The notes under the pieces are model-generated. The model searched no databases, was not told the origin of the DNA, and saw nothing but the letters and a program-made list of their open reading frames with translations. Made by a program: the position numbers and the translations under genes. From positions 89,158,001 through 89,222,000 of the forward strand of contig CM059432.1 in NCBI GenBank assembly GCA_030390025.1: 64,000 nt of DNA, in the 5' to 3' direction. Source of the DNA: Squalus acanthias. Its lineage: Eukaryota. Positions 1 through 15,000 of this stretch are shown here, one piece after another; the stretch's first letter is position 1, and each line of letters starts with the position of its first letter.

Positions 1-3000
1 GTTTGAGGTGCGATGGTTTGAGGTGTGATGGTTTGAGGTGGGATGGTTTGAGGTGGGATGGTTTGAGATGCGATGGTTTGAGGTGGGATGGTTTGAGGTG
101 GGATGGTTTGAGGTGGGATGGTTTGAGGTGGGATGGTTGGAGGTGCGATGGTTTGAGGTGGGATGGTTTGAGTTGCGATGGTTTGAGTTGCGATGGTTTG
201 AGGTGGATGGTTTGAGGTGGGATGGTTTGAGATGCGATGGTTTGAGGTGCGATGGTTTGAGGTGGGATGGTTTGAGGTGGGATGGTTTGAGGTGGGATGG
301 TTTGAGGTGCGTTGGTTTGAGGTGGGATGGTTTGAGGTGGGATGGTTTGAGGTGCGATGGTTTGAGGTGCGATGGTTTGAGGTGCGATGGTTTGAGGTGG
401 GATGGTTTGAGATGCGATGGTATGAGTTGCGATGGTTTGAGATGCGATGGTTTGAGATGCGATGGTTTGAGTTGCGATGGTTTGAGATGCGATGGTTTGA
501 GGTGGGATGGTTTGAGTTGCGATGGTTTGAGGTGGGATGGTTTGAGTTGGGATGGTTTGAGGTGGGATGTTTTGAGATGCGATGGTTTGAGATGCGATGG
601 TTTGAAATGCGATAGTTTGAGGTGCGATGGTTTGAGATGCGATGGATTGAGATGCGATGGTTTGAGTTGCGATGGTTTGAGTTGCAATCGTTTGAGGTGG
701 GATAGTTTGAGGTGCGATAGTTTGAGGTGGGATGGTTTGAGGTGGGATGGTTTGTGGTGGGATGGTTTGAGGTGGGATGGTTTGAGGTGGGATGGTTTGA
801 GGTGGGATGGTTTGAGGTGGGATGGTTTGAGGTGCGATGGTTTGAGATGCGATGGTATGAGGTGGGATGGTTTGAGGTGCGATGGTTTGAGGTGGGATGG
901 TTTGAGTTGGGATGGTTTGAGGTGGGATGTTTTGAGATGCGATGGTTTGAGATGCGATGGTTTGAAATGCGATAGTTTGAGGTGCGATGGTTTGAGATGC
1001 GATGGATTGAGATGCGATGGTTTGAGTTGCGATGGTTTGAGTTGCAATCGTTTGAGGTGGGATGGTTTGAGGTGCGATAGTTTGAGGTGGGATGGTTTGA
1101 GGTGGGATGGTTTGTGGTGGGACGGTTTGAGGTGGGATGGTTTGAGGTGGGATGGTTTGAGGTGGGATGGTTTGAGGTGGGATGGTTTGAGGTGCGATGG
1201 TTTGAGATGCGATGGTATGAGGTGGGATGGTTTGAGGTGCGATGGTTTGAGGTGGGATGGTTTGAGGTGGGATGGTTTGAGGTGCGATGGTTTGAGGTGG
1301 GATGGTTAGAGGTGGGATAGTTTGAGGTGGGATGGTTTGAGGTGCGATGGTTTGAGATGCGATGGTATGAGTTGCGATGGTTTGAGATGCGATGGTTTGA
1401 GGTGCGATGGTTTGAGGTGGGATGGTTTGAGGTGGGATGGTTTGAGATGCGATGGTGTGAGTTGCGATGGATTGAGATGCGATGGTTTGAGGTGAGATGG
1501 TTTGAGATGCGATGGATTGAGATGCAATGGTTTGAGTTGCAATGGTTTGAGGTGGGATGGTTTGAGGTGCGATGGTTTGAGGTGGGATGGTTTGAGGTGG
1601 GATGGTTTGCAGCTGGGATGGTTTGAGGTGGGATGGTTTGAGGTGGGATGGTTTGAGGTGGGATAGTTTGAGGTGGGATGGTTTGAGGTGCGATGGTTTG
1701 AGGTGCGATGGTTTGAGGTGTGATGGTTTGAGGTGGGATGGTTTGAGGTGGGCTGGTTTGAGATGCGATGGTTTGAGGTGGGATGGTTTGAGATGGGATG
1801 GTTTGAGGTGGGATGGTTTGAGGTGGGATGGTTTGAGGTGGGATGGTTTGAGGTGGGATGGTTTGAGGTGGGATGGTTGAGGTGCGATGGTTTGAGGTGG
1901 GATGGTTTGAGTTGCGATGGTTTGAGTTGCGATGGTTTGAGGTGGGATGGTTTGAGGTGGGATGGTTTGAGATGCGATGGTTTGAGGTGCGATGGTTTGA
2001 GGTGGGATGGTTTGAGGTGGGATGGTTTGAGGTGGGATGGTTTGAGGTGGGATGGTTTGAGGTGCGATGGTTTGAGGTGGGATGGTTTGAGGTGGGATGG
2101 TTTGAGGTGCGATGGTTTGAGGTGCGATGGTTTGAGGTGCGATGGTTTGAGGTGGGATGGTTTGAGATGCGATGGTATGAGTTGCGATGGTTTGAGATGC
2201 GATGGTTTGAGATGCGATGGTTTGAGTTGCGATGGTTTGAGATGCGATGGTTTGAGGTGGGATGGTTTGAGTTGCGATGGTTTGAGGTGGGATGGTTTGA
2301 GTTGGGATGGTTTGAGGTGGGATGTTTTGAGATGCGATGGTTTGAGATGCGATGGTTTGAGATGCGATAGTTTGAGGTGCGATGGTTTGAGATGCGATGG
2401 ATTGAGATGCGATGGTTTGAGTTGCGATGGTTGAGTTGCAATCGTTTGAGGTGGGATGGTTTGAGGTGCGATAGTTTGAGGTGGGATGGTTTGAGGTGGG
2501 ATGGTTTGAGGTGGGATGGTTTGAGGTGGGATGGTTTGAGGTGGGATGGTTTGAGGTGCGATGGTTTGAGATGCGATGGTATGAGGTGGGATGGTTTGAG
2601 GTGCGATGGTTTGAGGTGGGATGGTTTGAGGTGGGATGGTTTGAGGTGCGATGGTTTGAGGTGGGATGGTTAGAGGTGGGATGGTTTGAGGTGGGATGGT
2701 TTGAGGTGCGATGGTTTGAGATGCGATGGTATGAGTTGCGATGGTTTGAGATGCGATGGTTTGAGGTGCGATGGTTTGAGGTGGGATGGTTTGAGGTGGG
2801 ATGGTTTGAGATGCGATGGTGTGAGTTGCGATGGATTGAGATGCGATGGTTTGAGGTGAGATGGTTTGAGATGCGATGGATTGAGATGCGATGGTTTGAG
2901 TTGCGATGGTTTGAGGTGGGATGGTTTGAGGTGGGATGGTTTGAGGTGGGATGGTTTGAGGTGGGATGGTTTGAGCTGGGATGGTTTGAGGTGGGATGGT

Positions 3001-6000
3001 TTGATGTGGGATGGTTTGAGGTGGGATAGTTTGAGGTGGGATGGTTTGAGGTGCGATGGTTTGAGGTGCGATGGTTTGAGGTGTGATGGTTTGAGGTGGG
3101 ATGGTTTGAGGTGCGATGGTTTGAGGTGGGATGGTTTGAGGTGGGATGGTTTGAGGTGCGATGGTTTGAGGTGGGATGGTTTGAGGTGGGATAGTTTGAG
3201 GTGGGATGGTTTGAGGTGCGATGGTTTGAGGTGCGATGGTATGAGGTGCGATGGTTTGAGTTGGGATGGTTTGAGGTGCGATGGTTTGAGGTGCGATGGT
3301 TTGAGGTGCGATGGTTTGAGGTGGGATGGTTTGAGGTGGGATGGTTTGAGTTGCGATGATTTGAGATGCGATGGTTTGAGGTGCGATGATTTGAGGTGGG
3401 ATGGTTTGAGGTGGGATGGTTTGAGTTGCGATGGTTTGAGTTGCGATGGTTTGAGGTGGGATGGTTTGATGTGGGATGGTTTGAGGTGGGATGGTTTGAG
3501 GTGGGATGGTTTGAGGTGGGATGGTTTGAGGTTGGGATGGTTTGAGCTGGGATGGTTTGAGGTGCGATGGTCTGAGGTGCGATGGTTTGAGGTGGGATGG
3601 TTTGAGGTGGGATGGTTTGAGGTGGGATGGTTTGAGGTGGATGGTTTGAGGTGGGATGGTTTGAGGTGGGATGGTTTGAGGTGTGATGGTTTGAGGTGGG
3701 ATGGTTTGAGGTGCGATGGTTTGAGGTGGGATGGTTTGAGGTGGGATGGTTTGAGGTGGGATGGTTTGAGGTGCGATGGTTTGAGGTGCGATGGTTTGAG
3801 GTGGGATGGTTTGAGGTGGGATGGTTTGAGATGCGATGGTATGAGTTGCGATGGTTTGAGGTGGGATGGTTTGAGATGCGATGGTTTGAGGTGGGATGGT
3901 TTCAGGTGGGATGGTTTGAGATGCGATGGTTTGAGGTGGGATGGTTTGAGGTGGGATGGTTTGAGGTGGAATGGTTTGAGCTGGGATGGTTTGAGGTGGG
4001 ATGGTTTGAGGTGGAATGGTTTGAGCTGGGATGGTTTGAGGTGGGATGGTTTGAGGTGCGATGGTTTGAGTTGCGATGGTTTGAGTTGCGATGGTTTGAG
4101 GTGCGATGTTTGAGGTGGGATGGTTTGAGATGCGATGGTTTGAGTTGCGATGGTTTGAGTTGCGATGGTTTGAGGTGCGATGGTTTGAGGTGGGATGGTT
4201 TGAGTTGCGATGGTTTGAGATGTGATGGTTTGAGTTGCGATGGTTTGTGGTGGGATGGTTTGAGTTGCGATGGTTTGAGGTGGGATGGTTTGAGGTGGGA
4301 TGGTTTGAGGTGGGATGGTTTGAGGTGCGATGGTTTGAGGTGGGATGGTTTGAGTTGGGATGGTTTGAGGTGCGATGGTTTGAGGTGAGATGGTTTGAGG
4401 TGCGATGGTTAGAGGTGGGATGGTTTGAGATGCGATGGTTTGAGGTGGGATGGTTTGAGGTGCGATGGTTTGAGGTGGGATGGTTTGAGGTGGGATGGTT
4501 TGAGGTGCGATGGTTTGAGGTGCGATGGTTTGAGGTGGGATGGTTTGAGGTGCGATGGTTTGAGGTGGGATGGTTTGAGGTGCGATGATTTGAGGTGCGA
4601 TGGTTTGAGGTGGGATGGTTTGAGGTGGGATGGTTTGAGGTGAGATGGTTTGAGGTGCGATGGTTTGAGGTGCGATTGTTTGAGGTGGGATGGTTTGAGT
4701 TTGATGGTTTGAGGTGGATGGTTTGAGTTGCGATGGTTTGAGGTGCGATGGTTTGAGGTGCGATGGTTTGAGGTGCGATGGTTTGAGGTGGGATGGTTTG
4801 AGATGCGATGGTTTGAGGTGCGATGGTATGAGTTGCGATGGTTTGAGATGCGATGGTTTGAGATGCGATGGTTTGAGTTGCGATGGTTTGAGATGCGATG
4901 GTTTGAGGTGGGATGGTTTGAGTTGCGATGGTTTGAGTTGCGATGGTTTGAGGTGCGATGGTTTGAGTGGGATGGTTTGAGGTGGGATGGTTTGAGGTGG
5001 GATGGTTTGAGATGCGATGGTTTGAGATGCGATGGTTTGAGATGCGATGGTTTGAGGTGCGATGGTTTGAGATGCGATGGATTGAGATGCGATGGTTTGA
5101 GTTGCGATGGTTTGAGTTGCGATGGTTTGAGGTGGGATGGTTTGAGGTGCGATAGTTTGAGGTGGGATGGTTTGAGGTGGGATGGTTTGAGGTGGGATGG
5201 TTTGAGGTGGGATGGTTTGAGGTGGGATGGTTTGAGGTGCGATGGTTTGAGATGCGATGGTATGAGGTGGGATGGTTTGAGGTGCGATGGTTTGAGGTGG
5301 GATGGTTTGAGGTGGGATGGTTTGAGGTGCGATGGTTTGAGGTGGGATGGTTAGAGGTGGGATAGTTTGAGGTGGGATGGTTTGAGGTGCGATGGTTTGA
5401 GATGCGATGGTTTGAGTTGCGATGGTTTGAGATGCGATGGTTTGAGGTGCGATGGTTTGAGGTGGGATGGTTTGAGGTGGGATGGTTTGAGATGCGATGG
5501 TTTGAGTTGCGATGGATTGAGATGCGATGGTTTGAGGTGAGATGGTTTGAGATGCGATGGATTGAGATGCGATGGTTTGAGTTGCGATGGTTTGAGGTGG
5601 ATGGTTTGAGGTGCGATGGTTTGAGGTGGATGGTTTGAGGTGGGATGGTTTGAGGTGGATGGTTTGAGGTGGGATGGTTTGAGGTGGGATGGTTTGAGGT
5701 GGATGGTTTGAGGTGGGATGGTTTGAGGTGCGATGGTTTGAGGTGCGATGGTTTGAGGTGGATGGTTTGAGGTGGGATGGTTTGAGGTGCGATGGTTTGA
5801 GGTGGGATGGTTTGAGGTGGGATGGTTTGAGGTGCGATGGTTTGAGGTGGGATGGTTTGAGGTGGGATGGTTTGAGGTGCGATGGTTTGAGGTGCGATGG
5901 TTTGAGGTGCGATGGTTTGAGGTGCGATGGTTTGAGGTGGGATGGTTTGAGGTGCGATGGTTTGAGGTGCGATGGTTTGAGGTGCGATGGTTTGAGGTGG

Positions 6001-9000
6001 GATGGTTTGAGGTGGGATGGTTTGAGTTGCGATGGTTTGAGATGCGATGGTTTGAGGTGCGATGGTTTGAGGTGGGATGGTTTGAGGTGGGATGGTTTGA
6101 GTTGCGATGGTTTGAGTTGCGATGGTTTGAGGTGGGATGGTTTGATGTGGGATGGTTTGAGGTGGGATGGTTTGAGGTGGGATGGTTTGAGGTGGGATGG
6201 TTTGAGGTTGGGATGGTTTGAGCTGGGATGGTTTGAGGTGCGATGGTCTGAGGTGCGATGGTTTGAGTTGGGATGGTTTGAGGTGGGATGGTTTGAGGTG
6301 GGATGGTTTGAGGTGGGATGGTTTGAGGTGGGATGGTTTGAGGTGGGATGGTTTGAGGTGCGATGGTTTGAGGTGGGATGGTTTGAGTTGCGATGGTTTG
6401 AGGTGGGATGGTTTGAGGTGGGATGGTTTGAGGTGGGATGGTTTGAGGTGCGATGGTTTGAGGTGCGATGGTTTGAGGTGGGATGGTTTGAGGTGGGATG
6501 GTTTGAGATGCGATGGTATGAGTTGCGATGGTTTGAGGTGGGATGGTTTGAGATGCGATGGTTTGAGGTGGGATGGTTTGAGGTGGGATGGTTTGAGATG
6601 CGATGGTTTGAGGTGGATGGTTTGAGGTGGGATGGTTTGAGGTGGATGGTTTGAGCTGGGATGGTTTGAGGTGGGATGGTTTGAGGTGGATGGTTTGAGG
6701 TGGGATGGTTTGAGGTGGGATGGTTTGAGGTGCGATGGTTTGAGTTGCGATGGTTTGAGTTGCGATGGTTTGAGGTGCGATGGTTTGAGGTGGGATGGTT
6801 TGAGATGCGATGGTTTGAGTTGCGATGGTTTGAGTTGCGATGGTTTGAGGTGCGATGGTTTGAGGTGGGATGGTTTGAGTTGCGATGGTTTGAGGTGCGA
6901 TGGTTTGAGGTGCGATGGTTTGAGGTGGGATGGTTTGAGTTGCGATGGTTTGAGGTGGGATGGTTTGAGGTGGGATGGTTTGAGGTGGGATGGTTTGAGG
7001 TGGGATGGTTTGAGATGCGATGGTTTGAGTTGCGATGGTTTGAGATGCGATGGTTTGAGGTGAGATGGTTTGAGATGCGATGGATTGAGATGCAATGGTT
7101 TGAGTTGCAATGGTTTGAGGTGGGATTGTTTGAGGTGGGATGGTTTGAGGTGGGATGGTTTGAGGTGGGATGGTTTCAGCTGGGATGGTTTGAGGTGGGA
7201 TGGTTTGATGTGGGATGGTTTGAGGTGGGATAGTTTGAGGTGGGATGGTTTGAGGTGCGATGGTTTGAGGTGCGATGGTTTGAGGTGTGATGGTTTGAGG
7301 TGGGATGGTTTGAGGTGCGATGGTTTGAGGTGGGATGGTTTGAGGTGGGATGGTTTGAGGTGCGATGGTTTGAGGTGGGATGGTTTGAGGTGGGATAGTT
7401 TGAGGTGGGATGGTTTGAGGTGCGATGGTTTGAGGTGCGATGGTATGAGGTGCGATGGTTTGAGTTGGGATGGTTTGAGGTGCGATGGTTTGAGGTGCGA
7501 TGGTTTGAGGTGCAATGGTTTGAGGTGGGATGGTTTGAGGTGGGATGGTTTGAGTTGCGATGATTTGAGATGCGATGGTTTGAGGTGCGATGATTTGAGG
7601 TGGGATGGTTTGAGGTGGGATGGTTTGAGTTGCGATGGTTTGAGTTGCGATGGTTTGAGGTGGGATGGTTTGATGTGGGATGGTTTGAGGTGGGATGGTT
7701 TGAGGTGGGATGGTTTGAGGTGGGATGGTTTGAGGTTGGGATGGTTTGAGCTGGGATGGTTTGAGGTGCGATGGTCTGAGGTGCGATGGTTTGAGTTGGG
7801 ATGGTTTGAGGTGGGATGGTTTGAGGTGGGATGGTTTGAGGTGGGATGGTTTGAGGTGGGATGGTTTGAGGTGGGATGGTTTGAGGTGTGATGGTTTGAG
7901 GTGGGATGGTTTGAGTTGCGATGGTTTGAGGTGGGATGGTTTGAGGTGGGATGGTTTGAGGTGGGATGGTTTGAGGTGCGATGGTTTGAGGTGCGATGGT
8001 TTGAGGTGGGATGGTTTGAGGTGGGATGGTTTGAGATGCGATGGTTTGAGTTGCGATGGTTTGAGGTGGGATGGTTTGAGATGCGATGGTTTGAGGTGGG
8101 ATGGTTTGAGGTGGGATGGTTTGAGATGCGATGGTTTGAGGTGGGATGGTTTGAGGTGGATGGTTTGAGGTGGGATGGTTTGAGGTGGGATGGTTTGAGG
8201 TGCGATGGTTTGAGTTGCGATGGTTTGAGTTGCGATGGTTTGAGGTGCGATGTTTTGAGGTGGGATGGTTTGAGATGCGATGGTTTGAGTTGCGATGGTT
8301 TGAGTTGCGATGGTTTGAGGTGCGATGGTTTGAGGTGGGATGGTTTGAGTTGCGATGGTTTGAGATGTGATGGTTTGAGTTGCGATGGTTTGTGGTGGGA
8401 TGGTTTGAGTTGCGATGGTTTGAGGTGGGATGGTTTGAGGTGGGATGGTTTGAGGTGGGATGGTTTGAGGTGCGATGGTTTGAGGTGGGATGGTTTGAGG
8501 TGGGATGGTTTGAGGTGCGATGGTTTGAGGTGAGATGGTTTGAGGTGCGATGGTTAGAGGTGGGATGGTTTGAGATGCGATGGTTTGAGGTGGGATGGTT
8601 TGAGGTGCGATGGTTTGAGGTGGGATGGTTTGAGGTGGGATGGTTTGAGGTGCGATGGTTTGAGGTGCGATGGTTTGAGGTGGGATGGTTTGAGGTGCGA
8701 TGGTTTGAGGTGGGATGGTTTGAGGTGCGATGATTTGAGGTGCGATGGTTTGAGGTGGGATGGTTTGAGGTGGGATGGTTTGAGGTGAGATGGTTTGAGG
8801 TGCGATGGTTTGAGGTGCGATTGTTTGAGGTGGGATGGTTTGAGTTTTGATGGTTTGAGGTTGGATGGTTTGAGTTTTGATGGTTGAGGTGCGATGGTTT
8901 GAGGTGCGATGGTTTGAGGTGCGATGGTTTGAGGTGGGATGGTTTGAGATGCGATAGTTTGAGGTGCGATGGTATGAGTTGCGATGTTTTGAGATGCGAT

Positions 9001-12000
9001 GGTTTGCGATGCGATGGTTTGAGTTGCGATGGTTTGAGATGCAATGGTTTGAGGTGGGATGGTTTGAGTTGCGATGGTTTGAGTTGCGATGGTTTGAGGT
9101 GCGATGGTTTGAGTGGGATGGTTTGAGGTGGGATGGTTTGAGATGCGATGGTTTGAGATGCGATGGTTTGAGATGCGATGGTTTGAGATGCGATGGTTTG
9201 AGATGCGATGGTTTGAGTTGCGATGGTTTGAGATGCGATGGTTTGAGATGCGATGGTTTGAGATGCGATGGTTTGAGATGCGATGGTTTGAGGTGAGATG
9301 GTTTGAGCTGGGATGGTTTGAGGTGGGATGGTTTGAGGTGAGATGGTTTGAGGTGCGACGGTTTGAGGTGAGATGGTTTGAGGTGGGATGGTTTGAGTTG
9401 CGATGGTTTGAGGTGGGATGGTTTGAGGTGAGATGGTTTGAGCTGGGATGGTTTGAGGTGGGATGGTTTGAGTTGGGATGGTTTGAGGTGGGATGGTTTG
9501 AGATGCGATGGTTTGAGATGCGATGGTTTGAGATGCGATGGTTTGAGGTGAGATGGTTTGAGCTGGGATGCTTTGAGGTAAGATGGTTTGAGGTGGGATG
9601 GTTTGAGTTGCAATGGTTTGAGGTGCGATGGTTTGAGGTGGGACGGTTTGAGGTTAGATGGTTTGAGGTGGGATGGTTTGAGTTGCGATGGTTTGAGGTG
9701 GGATGGTTTGAGGTGAGATGGTTTGAGCTGGGATGGTTTGAGGTGGGATGGTTTGAGTTGGGATGCTTTGAGGTGGGATGGTTTGAGATGCGATGGTTTG
9801 AGATGCAATGGTTTGAGATGCGATGGTTTGAGGTGCGATGCTTTGAGGTGGGATGGTTTGAGGTGGGATGGTTTGAGGTGGGATGGTTTGAGGTGAGATG
9901 GTTTGAGGTGCGATGGTTTGAGGTGCGATTGTTTGAGGTGGGATGGTTAGAGATTTGATGGTTTGAGGTTGGATGGTTTGAGTTTTGATGGTTTGAGGTG
10001 CGATGGTTTGAGGTGCGATGGTTTGTGGTGCGATGGTTTGAGGTGGGATGGTTTGAGATGCGATAGTTTGAGGTGCGATGGTATGAGTTGCGATGTTTTG
10101 AGATGCGATGGTTTGCGATGCGATGGTTTGAGTTGCGATGGTTTGAGATGCGATGGTTTGAGGTGGGATGGTTTGAGTTGCGATGGTTTGAGTTGCGATG
10201 GTTTGAGGTGCGATGGTTTGAGTGGGGATGGTTTGAGGTGGGATGGTTTGAGATGCGATGGTTTGAGATGCGATGGTTTGAGATGCGATGGTTTGAGATG
10301 CGATGGATTGACATGCGATGGTTTGAGTTGCGATGGTTTGAGATGCGATGGATTGACATGCGATGGTTTGAGTTGCGATGGTTTGAGTTGCGATGGTTTG
10401 AGGTGGGATGGTATGAGGTGGGATGGTTTGAGGTGGGATGGTTTGAGTTGCGATGGTTTGAGGTGGGATGGTTTGAGGTGAGATGGTTTGAGCTGGGATG
10501 GTTTGAGGTGGGATGGTTTGAGGTGAGATGGTTTGAGGTGGGACGGTTTGAGGTGAGATGGTTTGAGGTGGGATGGTTTGAGTTGCGATGGTTTGAGGTG
10601 GGATGGTTTGAGGTGAGATGGTTTGAGCTGGGATGGTTTGAGGTGGGATGGTTTGAGTTGCGATGGTTTGAGGTGGGATGGTTTGAGATGCGATGGTTTG
10701 AGATGCGATGGTTTGAGATGCGATGGTTTGAGGTGAGATGGTTTGAGCTGGGATGGTTTGAGGTGAGATGGTTTGAGGTGGGATGGTTTGAGGTGAGATG
10801 GTTTGAGGTGGGATGGTTTGAGTTGCGATGGTTTGAGGTGGGATGGTTTGAGGTGAGATGGTTTGAGGTGGGATGGTTTGAGGTGGGATGGTTTGAGTTG
10901 GATGGTTTGAGGTGGGATGGTTTGAGATGCGATGGTTTGAGATGCGATGGTTTGAGATGCGATGGTTTGAGGTGCGATGCTTTGAGGTGGGATGGTTTGA
11001 GGTGCGATGGTTTGAGGTGGGATGGTTTGAGGTGGGATGGTTTGAGTTGCGATGGTTTGAGGTGGGATGGTTTGAGGTGAGATGGTTTGAGCTGGGATGG
11101 TTTGAGGTGGGATGGTTTGAGTTGGGATGGTTTGAGGTGGGATGGTTTGAGATGCGATGGTTTGAGATGCGATGGTTTGAGATGCGATGGTTTGAGATGC
11201 GATGGTTTGAGGTGCGATGGTTTGAGGTGGGATGGTTTGAGGTTGGATGGTTTGAGGTGGGATGGTTTGAGGTGGGATGGTTTGAGGTGCGATGGTTTGA
11301 GGTGGGATGGTTTGAGATGCGATGTTTTGAGGTGCGATGGTTTGAGGTGGGATGGTTTGAGATGGGATGGTTTGAGGTGGGATGGTTTGAGGTGCGATGG
11401 TTTGAGGTGCGATGGTTTAAGGTGGGATGGTTTGAGGTGCGATGGTTTGAGATGGGATGGTTTGAGGTGGGATGGTTTGAGCTGGGATGGTTTGAGGTGG
11501 GATGGTTTGAGTTGGGATGGTTTGAGGTGGGATGGTTTGAGGTCGGATGGTTTGAGGTGCGATGGTTTGAGGTGGGATGGTTTGAGGTGGAATGGTTTGA
11601 GGTGGGATGGTTTGAGGTGGGATGGTTTGAGGTGGGATGGTTTGAGTTACGATGGTTTGAGGTGGGATGGTTTGAGGTGGGATGGTTTGAGTTACGATGG
11701 TTTGAGTTGCGATGGTTTGAGGTGGGATGGTTTGAGGTGGGATGGTTTGAGGTGGGATGGTTTGAGGTGCGATAGTTTGAGGTGCGATAGTTTGAGGTGG
11801 GATGGTTTGAGGTGCGATGGTTTGAGGTGGGATGGTTTGAGATGCGATGGTTTGAGGTGGGATGGTTCGAGGTGCGATGGTCTGAGGTGCGATGGTTTGA
11901 GGTGCGATGGTTTGAGGTGGGATGGTTTGAGGTGGGATGGTTTGAGTTGGGATGGTTTGAGGTGGGATGGTCTGAGGTGCGATGGTTTGAGGTGGGATGC

Positions 12001-15000
12001 TTTGAGGTGGGATGGTCTGAGTTGCGATGGTTTGAGGTGCGATGGTTTGAGGTGCGATGGTTTGAGGTGCGATGGTTTGAGGTGCGATGGTTTGAGGTGC
12101 GATGGTTTGACGTGCGATAGTTTAAGGTGGGATAGTTTGAGGTGCGATGGTTTGAGGTGGGATGGTCTGAGTTGGGATGGTTTGAGGTGGGATAGTTTGA
12201 GTTGCGATGGTTTGAGTTGGGATAGTTTGAGGTGCGATGGTTTGAGGTGGGATGGTTTGAGGTGCGATGGTTTGAGATGCGATGGTTTGAGATGCGATGG
12301 TTTGAGGTGGGATGGTTTGAGTTGCGATGGTTTGAGGTGGGATGGTTTGAGGTGGGATGGTTTGAGGTGGGATGGTTTGAGGTGGGATGGTTTGATGTGG
12401 GATGGTTTGAGGTGGGATGGTTTGAGCTGGGATGGTTTGAGGTGGGATGGTTTGAGGTGGGATGCTTTGAGGTGGGATGGTTTGAGGTGGGATGGTTTGA
12501 GCTGCGATGGTTTGAGGTGCGATGGTTTGAGGTGCGATGGTTTGAGGTGCGATGGTTTGAGGTGTGATGGTTTGAGGTGGGATGATTTGAGTTGCGATGG
12601 TTTGAGGTGGGATGGTTTGAGTTGCGATGGTTTGAGGTGGGATGGTTTGAGGTGTGATGGTTTGAGGTGCGATGGTTTGAGGTGGGATGGTTTGAGGTGC
12701 GATGGTTTGAGGTGCGATGGTTTGAGGTGGGATGGTTTGAGGTGCGATGGTTTGAGGTGCGATGGTTTGAGGTGCGATGGTTTGAGTTGCGATGGTTTGA
12801 GGTGTGATGGTTTGAGGTGCGATGGTTTGAGTTGCGATGGTTTGAGGTGGGATGGTTTGAGGTGCGATGGTTTGAGGTGGGATGGTTTGAGGTGCGATGG
12901 TTTGAGGTGGGATGGTTTGAGGTGGGATGGTTTGAGGTGGGATGGTTTGAGGTGCGATGGTTTGAGGTGCGATGGTTTGAGGTGCGATGGTTTGAGGTGG
13001 GATGGTTTGAGATGCGATGGTATGAGTTGCGATGGTTTGAGATGCGATGGTTTGAGATGCGATGGTTTGAGTTGCGATGGTTTGAGATGCGATGGTTTGA
13101 GGTGGGATGGTTTGAGATGCGATGGTTTGAGATGCGATGGTTTGAGATGCGATAGTTTGAGGTGCGATGGTTTGAGATGCGATTGATTGAGATGCGATGG
13201 TTTGAGTTGCAATGGTTTGAGGTGGGATGGTTTGAGGTGGGATGGTTTGAGGTGGGATGGATTGAGCTGGGATGGTTTGAGGTGGGATGGTTTGAGGTGG
13301 GATGGTTTGAGGTGGGATGGTTTGAGGTGGGATGGTTTGAGGTGGGATGGTTTGAGGTGCGATGGTTTGAGGTGGGATGGTTTGAGGTGGGATGGTTTGA
13401 GGTGAGATGGTTTGAGGTGGGATGGTATGAGGTGGGATGGTTTGAGGTGGGATGGTTTGAGGTGCGATGGTTTGAGGTGGGATGGTTTGAGGTGGGATGG
13501 TTTGAGTTGCGATGGTTTGAGGTGGGATGGTATGAGGTGGGATGGTTTGAGGTGGGATGGTTTGAGTTGCGATGGTTTGAGGTGGGATGGTTTGAGGTGA
13601 GATGGTTTGAGCTGGGATGGTTTGAGGTGGGATGGTTTGAGGTGAGATGGTTTGAGGTGGGACGGTTTGAGGTGAGATGGTTTGAGGTGGGATGGTTTGA
13701 GTTGCGATGGTTTGAGGTGGGATGGTTTGAGGTGAGATGGTTTGAGCTGGGATGGTTTGAGGTGGGATGGTTTGAGTTGGGATGGTTTGAGGTGGGATGG
13801 TTTGAGATGCGATGGTTTGAGATGCGATGGTTTGAGATGCGATGGTTTGAGGTGAGATGGTTTGAGCTGGGATGGTTTGAGGTAAGATGGTTTGAGGTGG
13901 GATGGTTTGAGTTGCAATGGTTTGAGGTGCGATGGTTTGAGGTGGGACTGTTTGAGGTTAGATGGTTTGAGGTGGGATGGTTTGAGTTGCGATGGTTTGA
14001 GGTGGGATGGTTTGAGGTGAGATGGTTTGAGCTGGGATGGTTTGAGGTGGGATGGTTTGAGTTGGGATGCTTTGAGGTGGGATGGTTTGAGATGCGATTG
14101 TTTGAGATGCAATGGTTTGAGATGCGATGGTTTGAGGTGCGATGCTTTGAGGTGGGATGGTTTGAGGTGCGATGGTTTGAGGTGGGATGGTTTGAGGTGC
14201 GATGGTTTGAGTTGCGATGGTTTGAGGTGGGATGGTTTGAGGTGAGATGGTTTGAGCTGGGATGGTTTGAGGTGGGATGGTTTGAGTTGGGATGGTTTGA
14301 GGTGGGATGGTTTGAGATGCGATGGTTTGAGATGCGATGGTTTGAGATGCGATGGTTTGCGATGCGATGGTTTGAGGTGCGATGGTTTGAGGTCGGATGG
14401 TTTGAGGTGCGATGGTTTGAGGTGGGATGGTTTGAGGTGGAATGGTTTGAGGTGGGATGGTTTGAGGTGGGATGGTTTGAGGTGGGATGGTTTGAGTTGC
14501 GATGGTTTGAGGTGGGATGGTTTGAGGTGGGATGGTTTGAGTTGCGATGGTTTGAGTTGCGATGGTTTGAGGTGGGATGGTTTGAGGTGGGATGGTTTGA
14601 GGTGGGATGGTTTGAGGTGCGATAGTTTGAGGTGCGATAGTTTGAGGTGGGATGGTTTGAGGTGCGATGGTTTGAGGTGGGATGGTTTGAGATGCGATGG
14701 TTTGAGGTGGGATGGTTCGAGGTGCGATTTCTGAGGTGCGATGGTTTGAGGTGCGATGGTTTGAGGTGGGATGGTTTGAGGTGGGATGGTTTGAGTTGGG
14801 ATGGTTTGAGGTGGGATGGTCTGAGGTGCGATGGTTTGAGGTGGGATGCTTTGAGGTGGGATGGTCTGAGTTGCGATGGTTTGAGGTGCGATGGTTTGAG
14901 GTGCGATGGTTTGAGGTGCGATGGTTTGAGGTGCGATGGTTTGAGGTGCGATGGTTTGACGTGCGATAGTTTAAGGTGGGATAGTTTGAGGTGCGATGGT

